A stretch of 29,155 bases of DNA from the NCBI GenBank assembly GCA_001662655.1, contig KV460258.1. The stretch is one strand, 5' to 3'. Source of the stretch: Pseudogymnoascus verrucosus. Taxonomy: Eukaryota. The notes beneath the pieces were generated by a model. The model was not told where the DNA came from and ran no database searches. It was given only the letters and a program-made list of their open reading frames with translations. Below are positions 11,501 through 24,402 of the stretch, one piece after another. A program made the position numbers and the translations under genes. Position 1 is the stretch's first letter. Each line of letters starts with the position of its first letter.

Positions 11501-14500
11501 ACTCGAGGGTCTGCGTTACCAAGGTCCTACCCTCGTTTTGGTTTGTTCGTAATAATGAGAGGTAGACTTGGACAACTATTTTCGCAGGTGTTTCATAGTG
11601 AGCAATGAAATACCCGATGACCACATAAGCTGCGTGTTTATTAATCACGTCTTCGAGTCTGATATATGTCCAGCCGAATTTGATGATATCTTTTCGCGCA
11701 TCCTGCAGGATACCATGATAATGCTTTACAAGCATGGCCGAGAGTTGAAGTACCTCCATTCGCGTGTGGTCAATGCCAGGTTGAGTAAGGTCTTCGTTTG
11801 GATCCCCAAGACTGGCACGCCATATCTTGGTGTGGATGGACTCAATGACGGCTCTATCAATAAGGCGCGGGGATTTCATCGAGCCAGTCCGCGGCCATGT
11901 TCGCATTACATCCTTGGCAACAATCGGGTTGACAATGTTGTGAAGCAGGAAGGCTTTGGTTTTCTGGGATGCTGTCTTGCTTGCGTAAACGTCCAGAGAG
12001 CGCAGTACAATCGATTTCCAGTAATCGATGGATTCGTTGCAAATGATGTTCTTGTAAATATACGAGAAGAACTGTTGGCTGGGCTTGAAATCTCCGCAGG
12101 TCACCGAATCTACAAGCCCAAAAAGCGCGTCCAGGTCTTTCGGGTGAATCTCGAGGAACTTTGTGAATATAATCATCAACTGCTCTCCGGCTTGCTCGGC
12201 AGCCAGACGAAGATTTGAGGGGAGTGAATAGTTGCGAAGGCGCTGTTCAAGATTCTTGCCAACCAAGCGGAACCACATGAGATTTTCCTTCTTCTCCATC
12301 CATGCTTCTGTGCCTGGATATTTGCATACCGAATGCATCACATTGATAGCGTTGATGACAGCAGCATATCGTGTCTCTTTATTCTCCGCGCCCATATCGC
12401 CGCAATTCTTGATCAGCATGTCCACGCTGTTTACAACAACACTTCTGAGTGGTGCACTGTCGGGATCTTCCAAGAGTTGCGCCAGGAACCTGCCATACTT
12501 TTGCTCTTCAATTTTGCCAAGCAACATCATCCATACTTCATTTGGATAACGGTTGAGATACTTATATAACGGTGCCCTAAATGGGCTGTATCTTGTTCGT
12601 CGGAGCTTATCTTCAAGATCTAGGACGGTTTCCACTAAACGTTCCTTGAAATGTTCGGCGGCAGGTGGGAGGAGATGGAAGATATTGAAGACAGCAGCGA
12701 TAATCTTCATCTGGTCGTTCTGTTCAACCAAAGTAAAAGAGATTCGTTGAAGTGCATTAGGCTCTGCAAGAACTTTGATGTGGTCTAAAAGCCTTGATCC
12801 AATCTCAACCTTGAAGTACGTTGTGAGGAGTTGGAGCAGCCTTGCCAGACCATCTAACCCATGAGTGCTTAGCCTTCTAGGATCTTGGAGATTTGCAAGG
12901 ACAGGTCGCAGGCCATTCTGGAGAAGATCTTTCGGCAGTTTGGTGGTCTGAGAAAGGACAACTTTCAAGGCATCGTTCGCAGCCTCGATAGTCTGGCTTG
13001 ATTCGGAATACAGACATTTGAAGAACACCGACACAATCTTCGTTCTTGTGGCGTTGTTCGGCCCCTTTTGAAACTCTTCAAAGCCCATTGCAGTGGTGAG
13101 CATCTTAATACAGGCGACCCTAAGACTGATAATATGTTCATGGGTTCGCTGCTCCGCCGGCTTTCCCGCGAGTGACTCGTCGGCAGCATCAGCAAGGGCC
13201 AGAGACTCCATCAAAAGACGATTCAGAACATCATCGAATTGGACAAAGTCGGGCTTCAGGCCCATACAGTATGTCACCGCATCGATGTATCCAATCTGTA
13301 TGGCGAAGGGCAAAGCTCGCAATGGCTTGCTGTAGATTGGGTTCAAGATACCGTCCCTTTGAGGTTCTAATAGCTCCCAGACTTCCGCACCTATCGTTTC
13401 TGATATAGTTGTCAAAGCTTTCTGTGACGTTTCGCGAACATGTCGGTTGAGATGCGACAGTCCGGAGCCGAAGAGTTGGCACAGATGTGGTAGTCGAGAT
13501 GTAAACTGGGGACGAGGCACTCCTGGTGGAAGAGGGGCCGGTGGCAAAATATCCTTCTTCGTAGAGTTTTTGGTCACTCTCTTCAACAGTATTTCGAGGG
13601 TCTCTTGTGCCCCGATCCGCGTCTTCGCGGGCAGATCTTGCGGCATATCTTTGATGACATATAACAATGACTTGACATAGTCAAATTGCCTGTCGCTAAT
13701 CCAGCTATCGCCAATATCAAACTTTGTTACCAAGAGGTTAATACCGAGGCTACCGCCAGCCTTGGTAAACCATTCCTCTTCGTAGCAACTATGACAAAAC
13801 ACGTTGCTGAGGTGTGTAAAAAATGACAATCGACCGACTTGGGCGGAAGAACCAAAGATGATCGCAGTTGAGTCGAAAACCTCTCTCAGTGCTCGCTCAG
13901 CTGCCTCGCGCACAAGGATATTGTCTGATGATAGCGATTCGGTAATGGCATCAGCAAGTACTCTGCTGTCTATAACAACAGGCCCTTCGCCAGCTTTGAT
14001 GTCGAATGGCTGGCGTTTGAGCTTAAACTCTGCCAATGCATTTCCGACTTCCAAAATAGTTAGATGTCTGCAAACACCAAGTAGTGTTGCTAATGCCTCA
14101 TCCTTCAGATCCTGGATTGATACGGAAAACATGAGAGCCTTGATAAGCCTCTTTAGCACCTCTTGCTCCAAGTCTTTCTTCATAACAGACCTCTGCCGGT
14201 CGTTGACCTCCAGGGCGGAAAAATCGGCATTGCTGTCTCTCGCAAGAAGGTCCTGAGCTTGCAAACGCAGGAGGCGCCCGAAATCTTCTGGGAGGTTGTC
14301 GTATCCGATTCTAAGCTTAGTCTGTGCCTTGACAAAGTGGAGCGCTTGCTTTTTGTAATATACATCGGATTTTTTGGCAGCTGCTCCTTTTGGAATTTCC
14401 ATGAGCTTTCGAATGGCCAAGTCTATGCCAATCTCCACAGGGAAAGCCCTATCTTTCTTGGATCCGTTAAGCTTCAGGTCGAAACTAGCTCTATCGTCAG

Positions 14501-17397
14501 AGTATTGCTGAAAGGTAAGTGCTGGTGCACCAGTCATGAATTTCCGATTCCGGCCGCCGAGTTTTCCGAGAATGCGCATGGTAGTATGCGCATGGAAGTG
14601 GCTGTATGGATTAGGACGCAGATGGTCGAAGAGTGCGGTCATAACTTCCTCGATCACGGGTGCCATAATAGGATCTAGATAGTCCGCCGTCAAATTGTCA
14701 ACGCAAAGCTCGAGTGTCCGTAGGCCCTGCCCCACAAGGTCTGAGCCCGCCCGCAATGCAACCACGAGAGGCCGCATCAAGTAGCTCAAGTGCGGTAACA
14801 GGTTACTTAACCGCGCGGGTACTGTCAAACATAATTCAACATACAAATCTCGGTCTGCTGGCTTCCGAGCTGCCATAAGCAAATTATTGAGTACTTCCAG
14901 AAGCATCTCAAGAAGTGGCAGAATCTGCTTATATAGATGCTCAAACTTCCCTCCGCCGATACTGCGGAACAGAGACCTTAGAAGAAGGAAGTAATTCATC
15001 GGCTCCTCGGCGGTAGTGGAGAGCTCAATAGATTTGGTGACGATATCGAGCACGTGAGGTAGTAGGACCTGCTCGTTTTGGCTTGAGAACAACGTCACAG
15101 CCATGAATGCAAGCTTGAACAGTCGGAGCAAGATCGAAGATTTCTTGATGTCCGCAGTTCCGACTTGGTCGATTCTATCCATTAGGAATCGAAGTAACAT
15201 TCCTGCAAAGCTTGGTGAGGTGGCCTCGCTGGCGAGGAAGTATTGCGGGACATGTAAGAGAGCGGTATGCTCAAAAATCATGTTGTAGAGGTTAGGTATC
15301 TCTTGGTGGAAGACCTCATGGAACGTAGCAGGGTCAATGCAATGGAAGACTGTGGCAAACGTCTCGAGAAGGTCCTTCTCTTCCTTGCTGCTAGACGTCA
15401 TATAATGGTTGGCCATAAACTCAACTGGTGATGAGTATTGTGATTCCGCTGCCGGCTTCTCAATCTCGTAATATCTGAACACATACGCGCCCTCTCGGAA
15501 GAGCTTGATGATGACTTGAACCTCTTCCGCTGAAAAGCCATACGAGACTTCTTGCCAATGTGGCGTTGCGTTAGCTGGGTCAACGGGAGACCCAATATTA
15601 CAGGCTTTCAGCTGGTAAAACATGTTCTTGAGGCCATTCATAAGATTCTTGAACAGAAATTTGTTGTCTACAACAGGGTCTGCTCCGCGGTCGCGCGGAT
15701 TTGACGTCTTGATAGGTGTAGCAGTGAATATGTCGATTTCGTCCCAATCCGGCGGATGCTCCAAGTCCGCAAGGTAGTTGTCTGGCGCAGCTTCATCTTT
15801 CTGCTGTGCATAAGTTTTTGACAGCTTGATGGCATTCGGATATTGACGATTCATCGCTTCGAATTTGTCGCCAATGGCGTTCAGAATCATGATTAGGTAG
15901 TGCCGCGCATCCGCCTTGTTCTCCATTCGGGCAATGCATTCGGCCATGTTCAACAGCAACTTAGCACTCATAGTCTGAAAGCTGGTCCCTGGAAAGCTAT
16001 CCATCAAATTCTTCGTGTACACCTCCACTGTCTTGCGGATTTGATTCGAGTCTAGCTGGTCGCGAACGTGGTGAATTAGGTCCGCAAGCATGCTGTATGC
16101 GAGGGGCCGCATGGTATCATAGACAGTAAGGCCGTCTCCAATGAGAGTCCTCTCATCTAGAAGCTCATCGATTTTCGTTAAAAATATCTTCCTGAAGTTG
16201 AAGTTGATGATGTGTCTTATAGCAACCAGCAACTCCTTCCTTGCTGCAGACTTCTCTCGTGGGCAATCTTGCAGTAATCTAACAACTATTCCAGGCAGTG
16301 TCTGGAGGAATTCTTGCAATTGTTGGGAATAGACTCGCAGAAGGTATGCGAGAAAGCTCATAGTCTTAACTTGGGCTGTGATAAACTCTCCAAAGGCGGC
16401 CCTGTTCCGAATATTAGGGCTAACTCCGGTGAAAATTTGGCCTTTGGCTTTGGCCTCCGCATGTGCTTCTTCTTGAGGTTTGGCTTGCAGCATGAGCACA
16501 ACCTTTATCAGTGGTACAAATTTCTTCACATTCGCAGGAACAGTTTGGCGGTAGACTTGGAATATAGAAACAACAATAATCGGACACTCCGCCAGAACTT
16601 TGAACGACTGCATGCCTTTTGACAAGGGGCGTGTTTGCTGTTGCGGATCGGCACCAAGGTCTGAAACGGATGCCACCGGAGAGCCTGGCCTTGGAGATTG
16701 GAAATTCTGGGAGCTTCCAGGAGTTGACGGTACAACAGCATTCGTCGCCGATGGGCTCGGGTTGTCCAATTGCTCGTGGACTACGGCGGGCATGTCATCG
16801 AACATCTCTTGTATCAGGCTGAGGAAGTCTTGGACCTGGTTGTTCCCCGGTTGTTGGAGGACTTTTGTCTGATGGCGCATAATGTCCATTATCGTCTTGA
16901 CGCAAAGAATGGCATTGTCTTCATTTTCGACCCTGACCAGTCCTATGAGGACATTCACCACATCTACAGTATATGGTTCGAACGGTTCAGGCGGACTCGT
17001 GGGTAGCCGGTGTAGAGTTTCCAGGACACAATTTCGCAGTTTCTATTTCCGTTAGAGCTGACTGCTATCCGTGCGACATGTGTGGTTTGGCCATTCTCAT
17101 ACCTGCTCTGGATTTGTACTTATGAAGACAGGCTGGCCCTTCAGCAACTGAATGAATATGGGGACCAGCTTTTTCAGGAATGTGGGATAAGCTTGTGGTG
17201 TGGTATAATGTTCGAGGCTGTCGCGCAGCTGCGTCGCAGCATCCACCCGGAGTTTAACATCTAGAGATATCAATTAGAACAATTAAATTCAGTGGCATGG
17301 AAGCCAGCTGCAATTAAATACAGCTACCAGAGGATGGCATACCGAGATCTGGATTGCTGAGCCTCTGCACCACGATGTCAATAAGATTGGTCGACAT
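5563..17397 (-). CDS. TRA1: Transcription-associated protein Tra1 (TRRAP; PIKK pseudokinase subunit of SAGA/NuA4), ~3879 aa. Exons 17397-17343, 17260-17103, 17042-6303, 6249-5563
   Basis: 3625-aa ORF with HEAT/FAT/PI3K-like regions ('[36 protein letters not shown]', '[12 protein letters not shown]') and FATC end 'DALWMPYL*'. Three canonical introns (17342-17261, 17102-17043, 6302-6250) give one continuous frame of 11,640 nt. Confidence 0.97.
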
Positions 17398-18116
17398 AGC
17401 TACGGCATCTGGACAGGCGCAGCCGTCTCAAGTATGCGACCTCATGCGCTGTTTATCGTTGTCGAGAAATAAATATGATTGTTTTGTAGTCGGCTCGGAT
17501 TGTCAACTTCGAAATAGGTATTTCCTCCAATGTTGCGCTGCGCAAAGGTGGTGGTGGAGGGGTTGTTTGAATGTCGAGGCTCGTCTCCTACGCGGTAGCT
17601 TTGGCTCGCGACTCTTGGAAAATCAAAATCTGGGGGGTTGCTGTCACCAAAAGACACTTGGATCACGTGCAGCCCTGGGGAGCTAAGTCCCTATTTGGGT
17701 TGATGCAGATATAGTGTAGCCAATAGAAAGGCGTACCTGAGGAATGGAACGGAATAGGCGCTACATTATTCCGGATAGTGGAATTGGGTGGAACGTTTAT
17801 CCGAAAGACGTGAATTCAGAATATTAGAGTCGGCCAAGACAAAGCCAATCCGTGCTTCCAGAATTTACGATATCTGAGGTTAATTTACAGTGGTGTTCTA
17901 CAGAGAATCATATAGTATTATTTGTGTACAATATATTCCGTTCTACTCAATATTCTATGCCTCATTATTTGCTCGTAGCCACCTTCCTGTTGAAGCTAAC
18001 CCCTCCCCTCTCCGGTTGACTCACAACATCTGCATGTCAGCATCTCTATCTCTACTAATACAGCTGTCAAAACCCAAGCTCGACGCTTCAGATCATCTTT
18101 CAGTATTTCCCTCTCA

Positions 18117-18851
18117 ATGACAACGTCAACTCCCTCCAACGTGCCTACAGGCGCTTCAGAACTAGAATCGAATCAGCCTACGCCAGCCCAAACCCAACCC
18201 CTGACCGGAGCAACCCCCTGGCCACGTCCGCCATGGTACAGCTTCCAACCGGCCACTCCAAATGAGGGCACTTCAGTTAGCCTTCCAGCACTTCCTGCAA
18301 CTCCCACTTCTCCCGAGACGCCTTTGTTCCTTACACCGCTGTACCCCAATGACGCCTCTTCAATGCAACAGATAATGAGCAACCCCCGCGTTGCTGCGGC
18401 CCTCCTCAATGTCCCCATGCCTTACGGTATCGCCGAGGCAAACTCCTGGATTTCTCTTAATGGCGGCGACTCTTCTTCGTCCGGCCTTCTTACGTGGGCG
18501 ATACGCATCCATTACCCTAGCGATGCCGGCCTCTTCATTGGCAGCGTTTCCCTCACCAGAAAAACTGGCGCTGACGGGGGAATGATGTACGAGCTGGGTT
18601 ACTCGCTCAGTCCGGAGTTCTGGGGCAGGGGTATTATGAAAAATGTTGTTTTTGCGTTGATGATATGGGCGACCGAGGAAGCAGGGGTGGAGGAAGTATT
18701 TGTGCGTGTTGAATCGACCAATGGAAGGAGTAAGGGTGTTATAGATGGCATCCCCGGGTTCGTTGGAGAGGAAGACCAAGAGATTGATTGGAAGGGTGGG
18801 AGAAAGGTGGTAAGAATGTGGAGATGGAAAGCTAGAAAGTCAACAGATTGA
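18117..18851 (+). CDS. GNAT family N-acetyltransferase (RimJ/RimL-type), 244 aa, Pro/Thr-rich N-terminus
   Basis: 'FIGSVSL...YELGYSLSPEFWGRGIMKNVV...VESTNGRSKGV' matches the acetyl-CoA binding motif A and the N-x-x-S motif of RimJ/RimL GNATs. Intronless ORF. Confidence 0.85.
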   Translation: MTTSTPSNVPTGASELESNQPTPAQTQPLTGATPWPRPPWYSFQPATPNEGTSVSLPALPATPTSPETPLFLTPLYPNDASSMQQIMSNPRVAAALLNVPMPYGIAEANSWISLNGGDSSSSGLLTWAIRIHYPSDAGLFIGSVSLTRKTGADGGMMYELGYSLSPEFWGRGIMKNVVFALMIWATEEAGVEEVFVRVESTNGRSKGVIDGIPGFVGEEDQEIDWKGGRKVVRMWRWKARKSTD

Positions 18852-19657
18852 ATGGATAATAAAGATAGAATGGTGGTTGGAGGCGACAAGACGGAATGAC
18901 ATGAAAGTGAAGAATTGGGCAGAGTGATAAACAATTCAAGATAAAAGGCGTGACTAACTACTATATTACTTTCATTCTCGGTTTTCTTCTCCAGCTTCTC
19001 AAGAATTAACTTCCAAAATATTGCCTTCCACGCTCTCACGAATTCATTTATCTTCTTGGACGGCAATTATAGCTCATTGGTTCACCCCTTCTTAAGTCTC
19101 ACTAAATCAACCAAATAACCATCATCTCGCATTAATTGAGGGATGGAGAAATAGCTTGCATATTCGGGATTTGAGTGAACTGGCTTACATGCAGGTAATA
19201 TGACGTTGGTCAATTTAGTGGCGGGATTATTTTGCTGATTTGTAAGAAGCTTAATCCATTATAAGCGTCCGTGTTCACATGGTACCGGAGGGGCTAACAA
19301 ATTCAAGGCAGGGCCGCGATTCAGAAGAGTTATTGATTTGGAATTACTCTGCTGGCAAGGATGGTCCAGCGTCGAAAGTTCAGGGTCATCGCCGGCGATT
19401 GCTACCCATCATCAAGCTAACTCTTTACAGACCATAGCTTCCGTAATCACAAATCCAAACACCGTGCTCTAGACCCGGAGTTAAGCTCAGATTGTTCATA
19501 TCGCAGCAGTATAGCATCATGAAGTCGCAATTGGCAAGCATGGATGAAATAAATTGTATATTAATGGCGTCGCTGCCACCAAGTAACAGCATCGATCTCA
19601 AAGACAGAACATTGCACAATACAGCTTTATCACTCTGCAAAAACAACAGCCACCAAC

Positions 19658-20305
19658 ATGGCCCTCAACCAAGAATTATCTGCTGTGTACAATAACTTCC
19701 ACAATGGCGGTGCTCCTAAAGAGGTCTCCCAAGCTATCCTCCAGTCAACCAAAGAGCTGCAATCCGACTTTGCCAACCGCAAGATCATCCAAGTAGGAGA
19801 ACAACTCCCTGCATTCACGCTGTCAGATGCAACTGGGAAGTCCGTCACAAGCGCGTCGCTCCTGGAAGCAGGTCCAGTTCTGATATCATTTTACCGCGGC
19901 GACTGGTGTCCCTACTGCAACATCGAACTGCGCGCACTCCAGAAGCGTCTCCCAGAATTCAAGGCCAAAAACGTGACGCTGATTGCTATTACGGCCCAAC
20001 TTCCCGACACGACACTCACTATGGTGGAGAAGCACAATCTTGAGTTTTCTGTCCTATCCGACGTAGGCAGTGCATTTGCGAGGCAGCTTGGTCTTGTCCA
20101 TAAGCAGCCAGAGGGCATCCAGACGCTCCATAAGCGCATAGGGGTGGATTATAAGAAGGGTTATGGTGATGAGAGTTACGAGATCCCGTTTCCGGCTACT
20201 ATTCTCGTGGATGCAAAGGGCATTGTAAGGAATATCTATGTTGACGCTGATATTTCGAAGAGGCTTGAGCCAGATACTGCTTTGGAGTGGGTGGATGCTT
20301 TATAG
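19658..20305 (+). CDS. AhpC/TSA-family peroxiredoxin-like redoxin (thioredoxin fold), 215 aa
   Basis: 'QVGEQLPAFTLSDATGKSV...GPVLISFYRGDWCPYCNIELRALQ...IPFPATILVD' contains the CxxC motif and FYRGxWCPYC signature of the PRX-like2 subfamily. Intronless. Confidence 0.9.
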   Translation: MALNQELSAVYNNFHNGGAPKEVSQAILQSTKELQSDFANRKIIQVGEQLPAFTLSDATGKSVTSASLLEAGPVLISFYRGDWCPYCNIELRALQKRLPEFKAKNVTLIAITAQLPDTTLTMVEKHNLEFSVLSDVGSAFARQLGLVHKQPEGIQTLHKRIGVDYKKGYGDESYEIPFPATILVDAKGIVRNIYVDADISKRLEPDTALEWVDAL

Positions 20306-20555
20306 ATTTATTACATAGATAGTTTATTAAATTATCGATATTTTCTCATATTTATACATTTAGTCTAAGTGATGGTGTTTGACCTGCTAAATCCAGCAGC
20401 TTTCGGCGCCACTTCATGCCACCCACTAGATTACCACCTAAGTAACTTAATATGATATAAATATTAAGCCAGCCTCCTCCGACTCCGCTTTTAAATGGCA
20501 ATGAAAATGCCAACCCCCGACATGCACAGTAAAACTCCAAGAAAACAGCATCCCG

Positions 20556-22074
20556 CTAAGAGTCGGGATCCCAGTTAGGGCCCTTGCATGGCGAGTTCTG
20601 CGTGACAAAGTCCTTGATGCGGTCCACCATCCACCCAGACTGGACTCTGATCTCCTCGCCTTCCTCCTTCCAGGGATAGGCCGGTGAGCCCAGCTTGAAC
20701 GCCGTGTCCAGCTTGCACGTGTCTTTATAGTAGAGGAACTGGAGGCAGGTTTGGTCCTCCTCGCAGGCTCTGTGGCAGGTGTTATACGACTTTGTCGAAT
20801 CGTTGACGAAGAAGTTGCCGACGAAGGCGGGTTTGAAGAGAGGCTCGGGGCGGATCTGCTCGTTAGGGGACAGATTATCCCAGTCATCTCTGCGTGGGAT
20901 GCCCATTAAGGACGAAATCATCGTGTAGTAGAGCTCCTCTGCTAACAATGGCTCCTGTAACTGTTAGTATATGCACCCCTGTAAATAAGATGTAGTGACC
21001 TACCTTTGTAGAGTTTCTGTGGCTTTCAAAGTCCCACATCTCTTGAACTTCTTCGCTTCCTATATGGTGCATCGTCACAACCGGCGTGCACCACAAGTCA
21101 GGCCCAAAGTTAAATCTTTTCAGCTTCTCTCCGTTAATTACCGGCCGCACATTCTTCAGCCGTAGACCTTTCTTAAACAGTACCTTGGCGATCTCTTGGT
21201 CGCCACAGCACGCCGTTGTGGCGTTCTTATCATATTGCTTCGCCAGCTTCTCGCGATCGCTCCCTACTAGTAGCTCCATCGCAGGTTTGCTAATCATGTA
21301 TCCACTGCCGCCGTGCGCAAACGGCGGGTCTCCGACGTCAATCTGGCTGCCTAAATAAAGCGGCTGAGAAGCATCATAGGTCGCAAGCCAATGGAATAAG
21401 TTGGTCCAGCTGATATATGTATCCGCGTCGATATACATATACCAGTCACGTCCTGGAGCCATGTCCCACGCCTTCTGCGCTGTGTATAAATTCTTGTATT
21501 TGTCCAGCCGCCATGCGGACTCAGCCTTCCCCTCGTTCCGTATAGACCCCATGTCCTGTCCCAGACCCTTAATCTCCTGCTGTTTATGGTATAGGTCGAA
21601 GTCGGGGTTTTTGTGCGTCCTGGCCCACTTCGCTGTGTCGAGAGAGTCGTGTATGGCGAAGTTGCCGACCGTTCCAGCCATATCGCTGAAGAAAAGAAGA
21701 TTCTCTGGTGGCACGCAAGAGAGGTATGTAAGTAGAAGCGTCGGCAACTTCGAGTATACCTCTGTTGCCCCTGTCTTCACCACAATTACCAAACTCGCAT
21801 CCCGTGGATAATTTTCACATCGTGGCCCGGGTCTCCATCCAGTTGCCGTGGTCTTTATGTTCGGAGTGGCACCGTTCTTTTGCTGCTTTGCCAATACGTG
21901 AGGTAAAGGGATCCCCCCTCTGCAGTCCTTCGATCGCCCTGTGCCGCGTAGTCTTGAAAGAAGTCCAAATAACGCAAGCGTCCCTAGAACTACCACCAGC
22001 CGATGGCGATGCCTCGAGTAGAATCGGTATAGGCCATGGCGCCGCCTTATCGCAGCCGGCGCGTCCAACTTCAT
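20556..22074 (-). CDS. Glycosyltransferase family 31 (Fringe-like), type II membrane protein, ~489 aa. Exons 22074-21004, 20954-20556
   Basis: N-terminal hydrophobic anchor, 'IVVKTGATE', 'LDKYKNL', 'DWYMYIDADTY' (DxD), 'FAHGGSGYMIS', 'CCGD', 'WCTPVVTMHH'. Intron 21003-20955 (GTAGGT...CTAAC...CAG) links in frame to ORF 20556..20948. Confidence 0.9.
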
Positions 22075-23060
22075 CCCTCAAGTCTAACGACTCAGTCCAT
22101 GAACTTCGAGCAAGGCCAGTATCAAAATATCACATACAACATAAGATAGTAGAGACGATCGCGAAGAACAAGGGGATAAACAAAGAAAACGAGGGGGGAA
22201 GCTTGATGTCGTACATATACGAGGCGGAAGCCAATCCGCAAACTCAGCCCTGGCAAGAATCAACTCCGCGGTGTAGGGGGAGTTCCCAACTATTATTTGA
22301 AAGGATACGAGTAAGCGTTCCGCAAATCGCAAGGATAGCAATCCATGTGCGAATGGGGTCGCACGCCCTCAGTAAACCCCTGTATATATCACCAAATACA
22401 ACATCAGGGGGTAATTAGTCCCTACATTAATAGTGCTAATATATAACTGTTGGTGATACAAGTAGGCAATACAAGTGCTCATCGGGATATGGTGGATAAT
22501 TGACAGAGAAGATATATTGGCAGCAAGCTTAGGATCGGTCCCCCGCACGCTTTGATAGGAAAACTAGGGTCTACAAGAGCGGGTCTTTTCTAGGTGTGGG
22601 GATGGAAGGAATGTGGCGGCTTTTAGTACACGTCGGTTACTGCAAATAGAAAGGGAAAAGGATCTATATACCTGGCACGACGACCCTATCACCACCCATT
22701 TTCAGCATTCTAACGAAGTTCCAGCATACTCTTTTCTAAGAGCATATAATTAACAGCGTCAAATATCTGTCATAGAAACCACAAACGACGCATTTGATAT
22801 ATCGCGAATTAGAATTTGGGTACCAGTCCTTACCTCCCCGAAGGATCGAAACACCAAAGCTGCTGCCTAGGATTAGCTCATCCTCCTTGGGAATAGGGCA
22901 GGGATGCTCAGCCTCCCAACACGGTGCCTGAGCGTCCGTGTTTAGCAAATCGTGGCACATCCAAGCCACCAAGACTCGTGGACTATGCATTGAAGGATGA
23001 GAGCGTTGTAGGATGAAAACCATGGTTGAGGTTACGTTAATTATTTTTGTAGTTTTCTTA

Positions 23061-23081
23061 TTTTTTTTTTTTTTTTTTTTT
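23061..23081. repeat. poly(T) homopolymer, 21 nt
   Basis: Uninterrupted T run read directly, inside an AT-rich patch at ~23038-23125. Confidence 0.9.
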
Positions 23082-23462
23082 AAGAAAAAACGTCTTCAAA
23101 TATAATATAATTTCACTTTTATTCTTCATAGAGGCCCATAAACTCCAGTTCCCAACAATGCGCCTTTGGCGGAAATGAAGCAATACAAAAGCTGGTCTCA
23201 ATAGCGTAACATCCTGAAAAACCATTCCCATTCCACCAAACCCCAATCCCCGAGAGTCTGAAAGAATTACCCCTGCAGTTTTGGCGTTCAGGCAGGGCTT
23301 AGCTAAAGCTTACCTGCCCTTGGTGTGGAGCGGCTTGGAGTGCGGGGTTATTGGAGCACGCCAGCGCCTAACACCGAGATCTCCACCTAACAGCTCATCC
23401 ACTAAACCTCTATGACTCTCAATCTATAACCAACAATCCCAAACTCCATCAGAACTACCAAC

Positions 23463-24204
23463 ATGAGTGAGTCTCCCATATAATCTTATACCGGTGGCCA
23501 ACTCCCCGGCGCACCTTCCAGCCACCCACTCTAACAACCCCGCAGCCTCCCCCACCCCCCTCAGCATAGGCTGCCTCCTCTTCCCCGGCTTCCAAGCCCT
23601 CGACGTCTTCGGCCCCCTCGACGCCCTCAACGTCCTCTCCTACACCACCCCCCTAACCCTCTCCATCATTGGCGCCTCCCTCTCTCCCATCTCCACCCAC
23701 CCCGCCTCCCAACCAACCGCCATCGGCCAAACCATCGTGCCCACACACACCTTCTCCTCCGCTCCCCCCCTCGACGTCCTCCTAATCCCCGGCGGCTACG
23801 GCACGCGTGGCTCACCCCCTGGTCTCGAGGAAGCGATTGATTTCATCCGCTCCCGCTTCCCGGAGCTCAAATACATGATCACGGTCTGCACGGGCTCGCG
23901 ACTAGCCGCAAGAGCGGGTGTCTTGGATGGGCTGCGCGCGACGACGAATAAGCGCGCGTGGTTGGATACGAGGGAGATGGCGCCGGGGGTGAAGTGGGTG
24001 GCGCATGCGAGGTGGGTGGTGGATGGGAAGTGTTGGACTAGTGCGGGGGTGAGTGCGGGGATTGATGTTGTGTTGGCGTGGGTGGAGGAGGTGTATGGGA
24101 GGGAGAAGGCGGGGGAGGTGGCGGGGGTGATGGAGTATGAGAGGCATGAGGATTCGAGGTGGGATCCGTTTGCGGTGGCGAATGGGTTGCCGGTGGATGA
24201 GTAG
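23463..24204 (+). CDS. DJ-1/PfpI family protein, isonitrile hydratase-like subgroup, ~220 aa. Exons 23463-23466, 23546-24204
   Basis: 'LLFPGFQALDVFGP', 'DVLLIPGG', 'TVCTGS' (nucleophilic Cys), 'GLRATTNK', 'WTSAGVSAGID', 'MEY'. ATGA|GTGAGT...CTAAC...GCAG|CC gives MTSPTPLSIGC in frame; the ORF-track start at 23467 is the intron donor. Confidence 0.88.
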
Positions 24205-24402
24205 GGAGTTGGTGGTGGTAAGGGGTGGTTTAGTATAGGTAGTTTGTAGGCATAATCTGAAAGTCTCTCCTCACGTTTACATATAATCCGATGTGAAGGT
24301 AATCTTTTGTGCCAATTAATCAAATCTCAAAAGTATAGCCGTCTAAGTCTACATAAATTACAAGATTATCAAACGCTTTCAAGCAGAAGCCTTTCCCAAC
24401 TG

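Noticed and set aside
5764..17264. Numerous 60-216 aa ORFs overlapping TRA1 on either strand
   Set aside because: Shadow ORFs of a long coding sequence with no recognisable motifs.
17711..17805. Short imperfect inverted repeats upstream of TRA1 (ATAGTGTAGC/GCTACATTAT; CGGATA/TATCCG)
   Set aside because: Only 6-10 bp arms, within chance expectation; no TSD or recognisable RNA fold.
18599..19066. Minus-strand ORF with protein-like start (KKINEFVRAWKAIFWKLILEKLEKK)
   Set aside because: Non-ATG start, flanked by stops, overlaps the GNAT gene antisense, no recognisable family; at most an unassignable relic.
21765..22418. 217-aa plus-strand ORF
   Set aside because: Largely antisense to the GT31 5' end and promoter; no motif.
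22736..23023. 95-aa minus-strand ORF or possible ncRNA
   Set aside because: No recognisable protein or RNA motif and no supporting splice structure.
23290..23318. GGCAGG...CCTGCC hairpin upstream of DJ-1
   Set aside because: Short imperfect stem; not distinguishable from chance.
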